Below, in pieces: positions 48,092 through 56,718 of a DNA stretch of 64,000 nt (position 1 is the stretch's first letter; the number at the start of each line of letters is the position of its first letter). The notes beneath the pieces were generated by a model. That model did not search any database and was not told the DNA's origin. It saw only the letters and a list, made by a program, of their open reading frames with translations. The translations under genes and the position numbers were made by a program. Origin of the DNA: a virus; IMG/VR virus record IMGVR_UViG_3300032308_002092, positions 1 through 64,000 of that record; one strand, given 5' to 3'.

Positions 48092-48131
48092 GTGCAACTT
48101 ACTGTGGTATAATACTTACAGTAAGTTGCAC
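48092..48131 (+). promoter_or_regulatory. 14-bp perfect inverted repeat with GGTATAAT in its loop
   Basis: GTGCAACTTACTGT-ggtataatactt-ACAGTAAGTTGCAC. Confidence 0.7.
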
Positions 48132-48157
48132 CATTATTTCGCGATAGGTTTAAGTAA

Positions 48158-48592
48158 ATGGCCATATTAGGACAAATTACAGTAAACGAAATCTCAGTAG
48201 CAGAGCTAGACCAAAGCCCGCTAGTAGATCCCATTTCTCTACCAATCGGCTCGCTCGGCATAGATACCGTTACGGGTATCGTGTATTCTAAGATTGGCCC
48301 ACTAGATTCAGACTGGACGGAGCTTGGTTCTGCTGGCGCAGTTACTAGAGTTGGCTCCACTAATGACCGTAGAATCGCAATATGGGATGGTGACGACCTT
48401 GATACTATAAAAAACAGTAAGGCCGAGGTTCAAATCGGCGGAGCTATACAAGCGCAGTCATTCGTAGGTAGAAAAGAAATCGACGACATCGTTTTGATAC
48501 CAAGTAAGCATTATGTGATAAGCTCTGGTATAACTATCATGCCAACAGGGTCAGTAACTATCGATGTCGATAGTGAGTTAATAATAATATAA
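48158..48592 (+). CDS. Short fibre-associated protein sharing its N-terminal module with 46067-48079
   Basis: MAI.G.ITVNE....E.D..P......IGSL.......VY.K.G..D..W in both. Confidence 0.7.
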   Translation: MAILGQITVNEISVAELDQSPLVDPISLPIGSLGIDTVTGIVYSKIGPLDSDWTELGSAGAVTRVGSTNDRRIAIWDGDDLDTIKNSKAEVQIGGAIQAQSFVGRKEIDDIVLIPSKHYVISSGITIMPTGSVTIDVDSELIII

Positions 48593-48601
48593 GGAGGCCG
48601 T

Positions 48602-50059
48602 ATGGCCACAACACCCCCAGGAGCACTAGGTTTTGCGCAACTAAGCACATCTCCATCTGCGCCACCTGCTGGTTACTGTATCATTTATTCAAAAACAGAC
48701 AATATCTTGTACCTTCAAGATTCTGCTGGGATAGAAGTTGCATTGGGTTCCGCAAGTGGAATCACGGCTCTAACTGGTGAGGCTACAGCTACTGGACCAG
48801 GATCAGCAGCAATAACTCTATCAAACTCTGCGGTGATCGGAAAGGTCCTTACAGGATTCGTTTCTGGACCTAATAGTGTAGTCTTAGCTACAGATTCTAT
48901 TCTACAAGCGGTTCAGAAACTACAAGGGCAGATATCAGCTACTTCTGGTGCGGCGATCACCTCTCTTACAGGCGATGTAACGGGAACTGGGCCAGGAGCC
49001 ACAGCCGCAACCGTTGCTTTTGTAGGCGGTAAATCTGCAGCCAGCGTAGCTACTTCAGTAGATGATACGCAGGATGCAACTTCAATCAATACTGCTTCAA
49101 GAATAGTTAAGCGAGATGCTTCAGGTAACTTTGCCGCAAATGTGATCACAGCTTCTCTTACTGGTGACGTTACTGGTAACGTTACTGGTAACGTTACAGG
49201 ATCAGCTGGGTCTTTTACAGGAGCCCTAGCAGGCGATGTAACTGGGCTTCAGGGATCTACGGCCATTGCATCATCTGTAGTCACCGGTAAATTGCTTACG
49301 GGTTTAGTTGCTGGTGCTAATACACCCATCGTCGCTACTGATAGTTTACTAACAGCTTTTGCTAATCTCCAGGCTCAAGTGACTGCAACCTCTGGTGCTG
49401 CAATCACGGCTCTCTCTGGAGACGTGGTCGCAACAGGACCAGGCTCGGTTGCTTCTACTATCCAGGCGAACGTTGTTAGTAACAGCAAATTATCACAAAT
49501 GCCAACCCTTACCTTTAAGGGTAACAATACTGGATCTACTGCAGACCCACTTGATTTGACTGTATCTCAAGTTACCTCTGTTTTAAACAACGCCGCTCTA
49601 CCCGTGCAGATCGGTACATCTAACTTTGCTGGTGCTTCTCAGTATCTTGCTCTAGCAGACCACGTTCATAGCCATGGTAATCAAACTGTGGGCACGTTGC
49701 ACGCGGCCGCAACTGGATCAGTGAATGGCTTCATGTCTTCCGCTGACAAGACTAAGCTGGATGCGTCAACTAGCGATAACACTGTTTCAACTATTGTGCA
49801 AAGAAGTGCGGCAGGTCTGGTTGAACTCACGACCCAGCAACTGAACGGATCAACATCTGGTAATGTGCAGCTGAAAGCAGCAGATACCACGACATCCTAT
49901 GTTTTAAAATTTCCATCAGTACAAGGTCCTGCAGGTACTTATCTATCCAACGATGGAGCGGGTAACCTATCCTGGTCAACCGCTGTGGTTAATATTGACG
50001 GTGGTAGATCTGATTCTGTATTTGTAATTGGGGCCAACATTGTTGGCGGAACGCCTTAA
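48602..50059 (+). CDS. Fibre protein with ITALTGDV.ATGPG repeats
   Basis: AAGGAGG RBS; repeated GDV/GNV modules, GFMSSADKTKLD. Confidence 0.8.
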   Translation: MATTPPGALGFAQLSTSPSAPPAGYCIIYSKTDNILYLQDSAGIEVALGSASGITALTGEATATGPGSAAITLSNSAVIGKVLTGFVSGPNSVVLATDSILQAVQKLQGQISATSGAAITSLTGDVTGTGPGATAATVAFVGGKSAASVATSVDDTQDATSINTASRIVKRDASGNFAANVITASLTGDVTGNVTGNVTGSAGSFTGALAGDVTGLQGSTAIASSVVTGKLLTGLVAGANTPIVATDSLLTAFANLQAQVTATSGAAITALSGDVVATGPGSVASTIQANVVSNSKLSQMPTLTFKGNNTGSTADPLDLTVSQVTSVLNNAALPVQIGTSNFAGASQYLALADHVHSHGNQTVGTLHAAATGSVNGFMSSADKTKLDASTSDNTVSTIVQRSAAGLVELTTQQLNGSTSGNVQLKAADTTTSYVLKFPSVQGPAGTYLSNDGAGNLSWSTAVVNIDGGRSDSVFVIGANIVGGTP

Positions 50060-50068
50060 GGAGAAAAT

Positions 50069-51292
50069 ATGCCCGCAGTAAGCGTAATACAACTGAGAAG
50101 AGCGACGGCAGCTCAATGGTCTAGTGCTAACCCAATCTTAGCCATTGGTGAGCTTGGATACGAGACAGACACCAACACCTACAAAGTGGGTGATGGCTCA
50201 ACTGCTTGGTCTTCATTATCCTATGGTGGGTTGGTTGGTCCGCAGCAAACAGAGGTGTTGGAAAGCTACGGCGATGGCTCTGATGGTGACGTAACTGTCT
50301 CATCAGGTGTTACTACCTTAGTTAGGGACACTTACTATAACAATCTAACTATCTCTGGTACTGGAAGTATTTTTACAAACGGTTGGAGAATATTCGTAAA
50401 AGGCACCCTAGATATATCGGCTGCCCCTGCCGGCGCGATAAACTGGAACGGAAACAACGGAAGCAACGCAACTACTTCGGCTGGCGCAAGCGGCGGCGCT
50501 GCTGTTACTGGAATAACAGTTGGAAGTACTTCAGGGGGCGGCACAGGAGCAAGCACGGGAAGTAACGCTGCTGGAGGAACAGGCACTTCGGTTTCATCAA
50601 TCGGATTGGGTAACGGCGGTGCGGGAGGAGGCGGCGGCGCTGGCGGTGCTGGTGCTGCTGGTGGTGCAAACGCTGGCGGAGCATCTACTGTGGGTGGTGC
50701 GATTACTGCAAGTTTTCCAATTAGACGCTATGAAACTGAGCTTATTAGAGGAACGGCCTTGATACCTGGCGGCAACGCCGGCCGAGGTGGATCTGGTGCA
50801 GGATCCGATAGCTCTGCAGGTGGCCGTAACGCTGGCGCTGGTGGAGGAGGAGCTAGTGGAGGAGTTGTTGCTGTCTGGGCAAAAACTATAAATCGAGGCG
50901 CTTCTACTGCTGTTGGTGCAATTAGAGCAAACGGCGGTAACGGTGGTAACGCAGCAAACGCTGCTGCTGGTATCACTGGTGGTGGCGGTGGTGGTGGTGG
51001 CGGCGGTGGCGGTTGGGTGTTCATTCAATACGATTCTCTTACAGGCACTTCTGCCACTAACGCAGTTACTGCAAATGGCGGTACAGGCGGCAACGGTGGC
51101 AACGGTTTGGGCGTCGGTGCAGCCGGAGGAACTGGTGGCCAAGGTGGTTCGGGCGGAAGAGTTACTCTACTAAACGTAAGAACGTCTACTGGCTCTGAGC
51201 TTGTAGGAACAGCAGGATCTGCCGGTAGTGGACCTTCAGGGTTAACAGGTGGTTCCGGCGGAGCTGGAAACTTAGCACAGGTGAATTTATAA
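50069..51292 (+). CDS. Gly-rich adhesin-like protein 1 with Mtd-N-type attachment domain
   Basis: IQLRRATAAQW...NP.LA.GE.GYETDT..K.GDG; GDGSDG; GGxGG runs. Confidence 0.8.
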   Translation: MPAVSVIQLRRATAAQWSSANPILAIGELGYETDTNTYKVGDGSTAWSSLSYGGLVGPQQTEVLESYGDGSDGDVTVSSGVTTLVRDTYYNNLTISGTGSIFTNGWRIFVKGTLDISAAPAGAINWNGNNGSNATTSAGASGGAAVTGITVGSTSGGGTGASTGSNAAGGTGTSVSSIGLGNGGAGGGGGAGGAGAAGGANAGGASTVGGAITASFPIRRYETELIRGTALIPGGNAGRGGSGAGSDSSAGGRNAGAGGGGASGGVVAVWAKTINRGASTAVGAIRANGGNGGNAANAAAGITGGGGGGGGGGGGWVFIQYDSLTGTSATNAVTANGGTGGNGGNGLGVGAAGGTGGQGGSGGRVTLLNVRTSTGSELVGTAGSAGSGPSGLTGGSGGAGNLAQVNL

Positions 51293-51293
51293 T

Positions 51294-52523
51294 ATGGCAC
51301 AGAAAATTCAACTCAGGCAAGGAACAGCAGCTAGCTGGACTAGCACTGACCCCGTGCTGGCAGACGCAGAGATAGGCGTAGAGACAGATACTGGCAGATT
51401 TAAGTTTGGCAATGGTACCGACACGTGGTCGGTTAGAAGCTATGCTGATGTTCAAGGAGGAAACCAAACATTCCCCTATCGCTCATTCGGCGATGGCTCT
51501 GATGGTGATGTGGTTGTTAACTCTGGGACCACGACTCTGGTTAGAGATATGTACTACAACAATCTAACCGTGTCTAGTACTGGAAAAATTACTACACAGG
51601 GTTTTAAGGTGTTCGTCAAGGGGGTTTTAGACCTTTCTAATGCAGGTGCTAGCGCTATAAACGCAGATGGAGCCGCTGGAGCAAATGCCACCGGATCTGC
51701 CGGTGGTGTAACGCCGAGTGCGTATGCAGCTGGATCTTCTGCTGCACAAGGCCAGGGAACATCAGGATCTACAGGTGTGACCGGCACGGGCGTGGCTTCA
51801 GCCACACCTACTGCGATCACTGGTAACGGTGGTATTTCTAACACCGCAGGAAATGGTGGTGCTGGAACAAACGCCGGCGCAACCGGCGGAGGTGGCGCTT
51901 CGCCAACCTCCAACGATATAAATATTTATGCCACTAATTTATTTAGAGGCGTCACGCTGCTAGGCGGAGGCTGCGGCGGTAGAGGAGGGGCTTCTGGCGG
52001 GGGAGACGGAGTCAACACTGGTGGCGGTGGCGGTGGCGGAGGAAACGGCGGCGGCGTTCTTGCCTTGTACGCTAATATCATAGTGACATCGTCGTCTACT
52101 TCTCAGTCGTGCATATCTGCGTTGGGCGGCAACGGCGGCAATGGTGGATCTACTTCTGCAGGGGTCACCGGCGGCGGTGGAGCTGGCAGTGGTGGCGGTG
52201 GTGGTTGGATATACTTAGTGTACAACAGAAAGTACGGCCCAACTATCACAAACATGCTGAATGCTTCCGGTGGTGTAGGTGGCGCAGGCGGCAACAGCTT
52301 TGGCACCCTGACGTCAGGTCTGCCTGCTGGTGGCGGTGGCGCTGGTGACGGCGGGTATGCTGGCCGCATAACCACATATCAAGTCCCAACCGCTGTAGGT
52401 AGAAGCTTATTTGCGGTTACTAATAACATCTACAATCCTAAGGTTGACATAAGCAACAGTGCTCAAACAGACGGCATTGGAAAGAATGGCGGCGAAAGCG
52501 GCCTATTATATGGAGATTTTTAA
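51294..52523 (+). CDS. Gly-rich adhesin-like protein 2, paralog of the upstream gene
   Basis: Same domain order and motifs. Confidence 0.8.
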   Translation: MAQKIQLRQGTAASWTSTDPVLADAEIGVETDTGRFKFGNGTDTWSVRSYADVQGGNQTFPYRSFGDGSDGDVVVNSGTTTLVRDMYYNNLTVSSTGKITTQGFKVFVKGVLDLSNAGASAINADGAAGANATGSAGGVTPSAYAAGSSAAQGQGTSGSTGVTGTGVASATPTAITGNGGISNTAGNGGAGTNAGATGGGGASPTSNDINIYATNLFRGVTLLGGGCGGRGGASGGGDGVNTGGGGGGGGNGGGVLALYANIIVTSSSTSQSCISALGGNGGNGGSTSAGVTGGGGAGSGGGGGWIYLVYNRKYGPTITNMLNASGGVGGAGGNSFGTLTSGLPAGGGGAGDGGYAGRITTYQVPTAVGRSLFAVTNNIYNPKVDISNSAQTDGIGKNGGESGLLYGDF

Positions 52524-52526
52524 TAC

Positions 52527-52730
52527 ATGAAGCTACAAGTGATATGTCAAGAGTGTGGTAAAAAAATAATTGAAGTTCATAAAGAAGTCATCTCAAATGA
52601 AGATGTTTCCCTTTATGAAAAATCCTGCAGCTGCGAAGAGCATGGTGGCAACACATATGTCTATGATGAGGAAACTGGAGAACTACTCAGCTCCACAATA
52701 GTTGTTAAAGCATTTAGGGTTGCAGATTGA
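52527..52730 (+). CDS. Small Cys/His zinc-binding protein
   Basis: CQEC ... C..H. Confidence 0.6.
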   Translation: MKLQVICQECGKKIIEVHKEVISNEDVSLYEKSCSCEEHGGNTYVYDEETGELLSSTIVVKAFRVAD

Positions 52731-52731
52731 T

Positions 52732-53046
52732 ATGGGACTCAACATACCACCACATTTGGCTATAATAGGTGCTGCTAAAGTAGCTAAGGCGAAAAGTGAA
52801 TTTAATAAGCTGGTCGATGAAGTTGCTGGTGAAAATATTATTGCACAGATTACGGCGGCAGGAAAGACTAAACTAATAGCAGATGCGCTTAGAGATGTTG
52901 CTTACTACGGTAGTCAAGGCAGCTTGTGGGAAGTCTATGTAGCAGTCGAGAAGGTCCAGCTGACACCTGAGATGTCTCCCTTTCTTACTGAAGAAAGACG
53001 ACAGAACTTCAAGAATCGAATAATATCTATTATAAGCTCATTGTAA
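52732..53046 (+). CDS. Hypothetical protein (possible fibre assembly factor)
   Basis: ATG just after the upstream stop; follows the fibre genes. Confidence 0.6.
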   Translation: MGLNIPPHLAIIGAAKVAKAKSEFNKLVDEVAGENIIAQITAAGKTKLIADALRDVAYYGSQGSLWEVYVAVEKVQLTPEMSPFLTEERRQNFKNRIISIISSL

Positions 53047-53058
53047 GGCAGACTCTTT

Positions 53059-53505
53059 ATGATGGTGGGTTTCAGTTACTCCAACAAGATACTCTCCAGA
53101 ATAATCAGAAAAGCCACCCGCTCCGAGTGCTCCCACTGCTATATCCTAGACCCTGATGCTGGACTGGTATTCCACGCTCAAGGCATGACTGTGCATGCAT
53201 TATCCTACGAGAACTTCAAAAAGCAGAACGTCATTGTCTGGGAATCTGGTGAGACTGGAATTCCTTTCTCTCACACTGATTGGAACTGGCTGCGCAACCA
53301 GCTCGGCAAACCTTATGGCACTGCCACACTTATTGGCCATGCCATACCCTTGCTTTTTAATACACCAAATCCATTCAACGACTCTGACTACTCCTTCACT
53401 TGCTCTGAGCTAGTAGCTAGGTGGGCTGGCATAAAGAACGCTGAAAGAGCCAGGCCAGATCAGCTCCTAGTCTACCTCAGAGATGGCAAGCCTTTAGATC
53501 TATAG
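53059..53505 (+). CDS. Permuted papain-like (NlpC/P60, YaeF/YiiX-type) amidase
   Basis: SH before G.PY and FTCSELVA catalytic Cys. Confidence 0.75.
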   Translation: MMVGFSYSNKILSRIIRKATRSECSHCYILDPDAGLVFHAQGMTVHALSYENFKKQNVIVWESGETGIPFSHTDWNWLRNQLGKPYGTATLIGHAIPLLFNTPNPFNDSDYSFTCSELVARWAGIKNAERARPDQLLVYLRDGKPLDL

Positions 53506-53566
53506 TGTGATACAATAGGTATGTCTAGTCACCCACGGGTGTCGCTTGTTGCGTCTAGGAGCTGCC

Positions 53567-53983
53567 ATGTCAGAATCAAATATCGAGTTAATTCGATTAC
53601 TTGTAGAGCAAGTTAAACAGAACTCCAATAAACTCGATGACATGAAGGAAGCCTACTACGAGCTTAAAAACGCAGTAGATTCTCACCAAGACATGGATGA
53701 GAAGATGCACAAAGACGTCTGCCAGTTCATGGAAAGCACAAATAAAAAATTAGACGAGTATAATCGGCAACTTGAGATTCACATAGCAGGTACGGTTGAG
53801 AATAGAAATGAGATAGCTGAGTTTAAAGCCACCCTTAAGCCACTGATCGATGACTTCGTAGAAGACAGCATTATCAAGAGAGCTAATAAAAAGTCTATGA
53901 TCAAGTGGACTAAGGTGGCTGGCTTTGTTGGTGCTGTGGCTGGTGCCGCAGCCGGGATACTTAAGCTGCTGGGCTTAATCTAG
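53567..53983 (+). CDS. Coiled-coil protein with C-terminal TM (holin/antiholin-like candidate)
   Basis: AGGAG RBS, TGATACAAT upstream; single C-terminal hydrophobic helix. Confidence 0.55.
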   Translation: MSESNIELIRLLVEQVKQNSNKLDDMKEAYYELKNAVDSHQDMDEKMHKDVCQFMESTNKKLDEYNRQLEIHIAGTVENRNEIAEFKATLKPLIDDFVEDSIIKRANKKSMIKWTKVAGFVGAVAGAAAGILKLLGLI

Positions 53984-54274
53984 ATCTTCTGGGATCTCTT
54001 TCGCGCATTGCTCCATCGCCATCAGAAACTCTATTTGCACGTTCCCTCCAGCTTGGATCTTGTCTTCGAGGCTATAGATCTTTTGCTCCGCGCAGAAGCA
54101 TAGATCTTGTGGTGCTCCCATACCAATACACTGAGCGATAAACACCGAGTGCAAAGGCTCAGTAAACTTGCCTGCAGTATTAATGTGATCCCCAGCCCAG
54201 AAGCCTGCAGCAGCTACAAGCCCAGCTGCAACGCCTGCTCCAACTATAATTCCAAATACTTTCAACTTACTCAT
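53975..54274 (-). CDS. Membrane-anchored Cys-containing protein
   Basis: Start reassigned to MSKLKV after AAGGAG; N-terminal TM; C..CFC..C. Confidence 0.65.
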   Translation of the reverse strand: MSKLKVFGIIVGAGVAAGLVAAAGFWAGDHINTAGKFTEPLHSVFIAQCIGMGAPQDLCFCAEQKIYSLEDKIQAGGNVQIEFLMAMEQCAKEIPEDLD

Positions 54275-54284
54275 TCTTTTCTCC

Positions 54285-54482
54285 TTATTCCTTAAAATCC
54301 CACGAATTGTCTTTTTCAAAATGTAGATTTCCTGCAAATGATACATGAACTTTGGGGACGGCGCTAGGTTCCCATTCGACATCAAGGCTGACCATAAAAG
54401 GTATTTCTTGACCATTTACAAACATCTGTCTTGCGCGACCCATGCTGTCCGTGACTATTCTAATTTCCGGCAACTTACTCAT
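54285..54482 (-). CDS. Hypothetical protein
   Basis: AAGGAG RBS, operon packing. Confidence 0.7.
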   Translation of the reverse strand: MSKLPEIRIVTDSMGRARQMFVNGQEIPFMVSLDVEWEPSAVPKVHVSFAGNLHFEKDNSWDFKE

Positions 54483-54663
54483 TCTTTTCTCCTTGGTTGC
54501 TCAATACATTGTTCAATGTAAACATCGCGCCCGCGATCTGAGTTAGACGCGTGTCGATCTCCCTCATACGACCTTGAATTGCTTCTCTCTCGAGAACAAG
54601 CTGTTCTGCTTCTTTCCCGAGTTTCTCAAGCTCTTCTGCGAGTCTTTGCTCTACGCTACTCAC
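54475..54663 (-). CDS. Small coiled-coil protein
   Basis: GTGA overlap, heptads. Confidence 0.7.
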   Translation of the reverse strand: MSSVEQRLAEELEKLGKEAEQLVLEREAIQGRMREIDTRLTQIAGAMFTLNNVLSNQGEKNE

Positions 54664-54956
54664 CGCTTAGAAACCTCGTATTTAGTTGGTGATCCAACTT
54701 TGGGTTGGTTCTTCAGAGTCGCGATAGAGGTAATCGACCGCAGAGTCGATGCGCCGCTGTCGCTAACGCGGTTGACCATAAAAAGTACGTTGCTGGTGTT
54801 GCCATACTTGTCGGTAAGCTTTAGGCGAACAGTCGAGCCTTTGATGAAGGTCTCAGACTTGTTTGTGCTAACTACCCCCGAGTCTACCAATCGGTTAAGT
54901 GTAACCGTGATGCATGTGTCTGTGCTAGAAGCCCTAGTAAAAAGTACTTGTGTCAT
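54660..54956 (-). CDS. Hypothetical protein
   Basis: GAGGAG RBS. Confidence 0.7.
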   Translation of the reverse strand: MTQVLFTRASSTDTCITVTLNRLVDSGVVSTNKSETFIKGSTVRLKLTDKYGNTSNVLFMVNRVSDSGASTLRSITSIATLKNQPKVGSPTKYEVSKR

Positions 54957-54989
54957 GTGTTCTCCTCTGTTTATGACCTGTTTAAAAGT

Positions 54990-55105
54990 GGTGCTGCCGC
55001 TTATCCCTACACCGTTTTCGACCTAAGTTCCATACGCGACAATCGGCTGGCACCAGTTGGGTACCGTGGAACCTGAATAACCTGCCAGGGTTGTTCATTG
55101 GTCGA
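54990..55105 (-). ncRNA. Candidate structured RNA / 5' leader
   Basis: Nested stems with a possible pseudoknot, directly downstream of a - strand GGTATAAATA. Confidence 0.4.
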
Positions 55106-55107
55106 TG

Positions 55108-55117
55108 TATTTATACC
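55108..55117 (-). promoter_or_regulatory. Putative promoter GGTATAAATA (- strand)
   Basis: Same motif as 10251-10260; overlaps the stop of the upstream gene. Confidence 0.55.
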
Positions 55118-55962
55118 TCAGATATAATTCGCCTAAGTTCTTGGATAGCGCTCTGAGCTTCTTCCTTGTTGTTCCAAAAGCGGGATAGTCCGCTTGGGTG
55201 AGGCATGTGATGTCTCTTGCACTGATACATACTCAGTACGTCCCTAGCTGTATCTCCAACTGTTACCAGTAGATCTGGGTCTAGTTCTTTCAACTCGAAG
55301 CCTAGTCTGAAGAAGCCTTGCTCCATCTGCTTCTTGCTTAGGGATTTGTTTAGCGTGGTTTTCTCGTTGCATACGTTCAAGAAAACTACGTGGATGTCCA
55401 AGCCGTTTACCCACTCTCTTACTTTCCTACCGGACTTCGTGTCTGGATGGAAGGCTGAGTTGTCTGGGGAGTTGTTGCTTGGGTTTGAGCCAACGAACAC
55501 CACTCGGGGTAGTCTGGGTTTGTAGGTTAGTTCTGTGTAGCCTTCTGGCGTGGCATGCTCGCTTATGTATAGGTCTCTCATCTCTTTTAGAGATCCGAAG
55601 TCCTTGTACTTCTCTTTCACGACAACCTTCTCTATACCTGCCTGGTAGATCGCTCGCATACATGTCACACACGGAGACATAGTGCAGACCAGGTACTTAC
55701 CCTCTGTGGAGATGCCTTGCTTGGCGCACGACGCCAGCATATTGATCTCGCTGTGGACGATGTATCTGTATTTGTCTGGCCTTTTGCTTGGGAGACGGTG
55801 GTCACATGCGCCTCTTACGAAACCGTTGCAGGCAGATGCTAGTGCCATACCGCTCTTGCTGTCAACTATGACGCACCCAACTTGAGTTTCTTCGTCGTGA
55901 GACCTTAGTGCCGCGACCTCAGCTAACCGCATGAGCTGCTCTGTCTTAGAGATCCTCTTCAT
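55111..55962 (-). CDS. dCMP deaminase fused to a uracil-DNA-glycosylase-superfamily domain
   Basis: QVGCVIV, HSE, SPCVTC deaminase motifs; then VVFVGSNPS, FLNV, PDLLVTVG..A, HPSG UDG motifs. Confidence 0.85.
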   Translation of the reverse strand: MKRISKTEQLMRLAEVAALRSHDEETQVGCVIVDSKSGMALASACNGFVRGACDHRLPSKRPDKYRYIVHSEINMLASCAKQGISTEGKYLVCTMSPCVTCMRAIYQAGIEKVVVKEKYKDFGSLKEMRDLYISEHATPEGYTELTYKPRLPRVVFVGSNPSNNSPDNSAFHPDTKSGRKVREWVNGLDIHVVFLNVCNEKTTLNKSLSKKQMEQGFFRLGFELKELDPDLLVTVGDTARDVLSMYQCKRHHMPHPSGLSRFWNNKEEAQSAIQELRRIISEV

Positions 55963-56152
55963 CGTCAGTCTCCCTAGCCTCAGACATGCTTTCTACGTAT
56001 GGCGTGAACTTGTACTCTACTGGTTTGTATTTAACGCCCTTGACTTTCTGCTTGACCAAGCCCCTAACTGGGCAAGTGAACTCGACTTCGGTCCAGAATT
56101 CCTCTAGAACCTCTGCCTTCCTCTCCCCAGTGTGCTTCTTCTTTCTGCTCAC
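55946..56152 (-). CDS. Hypothetical protein
   Basis: GTG start coupled to the upstream stop. Confidence 0.65.
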   Translation of the reverse strand: MSRKKKHTGERKAEVLEEFWTEVEFTCPVRGLVKQKVKGVKYKPVEYKFTPYVESMSEARETDDEEDL

Positions 56153-56718
56153 TTGCTTCTCCGAATATAGTCTTCTAGCTCTGGGTACTCTACTTTCAGT
56201 ATGTCTTCTACCGCTTTCTGGTAGGTTTTGATCTGATGTGGCGCATGCTTCTGCTGATAGAAATCACACCATGTCTCTAGGTCAGCGTACATCACCCCCA
56301 ACCAGTAGGTAGATATGGTTGAGGTCATGGTGGCTACGAACCGGTTGCATCCGTCCTTTACGTACATGTCCCTATTGATGTTCCCGGCGTCTATGGTTGA
56401 TTTGATTGAATCAGCCATGTCTTGCCTAGACTCAACCTCTATCGGTGCGATCTCGTCAATCTCTGGATGATATACCTCTTGAGAGTACGTCTGATCTGTG
56501 ATGGATCTGATGTTGCCCATGGCTAGGGTTACGAAGTAGGGCGCTTTTACTTTGAAGTAGACGGTTGGCACCCTAAGTAGGTGTGGGCCAACTTGACCAC
56601 GTCGCATCTGCTGGACGATGAGGCTTAGCTGCTTGCCGTTGGGTGCGCAAGAAAGTAGCTCTACGAAGCCTTTGTCCAAGCAAGGAATCATTTGGTGTCT
56701 TTCTTGTGTCTGAGCCAA
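56149..56718 (-). CDS. ThyX-fold protein lacking the catalytic RHR motif
   Basis: LDKGFVEL N-terminus, F.VKAP.FV, Y...DL..W..F...H....I..Y..AV..IL....P; no RHRxxSxxxxSxR. Confidence 0.6.
   Translation of the reverse strand: MAQTQERHQMIPCLDKGFVELLSCAPNGKQLSLIVQQMRRGQVGPHLLRVPTVYFKVKAPYFVTLAMGNIRSITDQTYSQEVYHPEIDEIAPIEVESRQDMADSIKSTIDAGNINRDMYVKDGCNRFVATMTSTISTYWLGVMYADLETWCDFYQQKHAPHQIKTYQKAVEDILKVEYPELEDYIRRSK

Noticed and set aside
49158-49200. 12-bp tandem repeat GTTACTGGTAAC
   Set aside because: Encodes the ordinary VTGN fibre repeat
50069-52523. Diversity-generating retroelement suggested by Mtd-N domains
   Set aside because: No reverse transcriptase and no TR/VR pair differing only at adenines in this window
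54957-55110. tRNA or hammerhead ribozyme in the structured gap
   Set aside because: No cloverleaf with T-loop/CCA and no CUGANGA core; kept only as an unclassified RNA candidate
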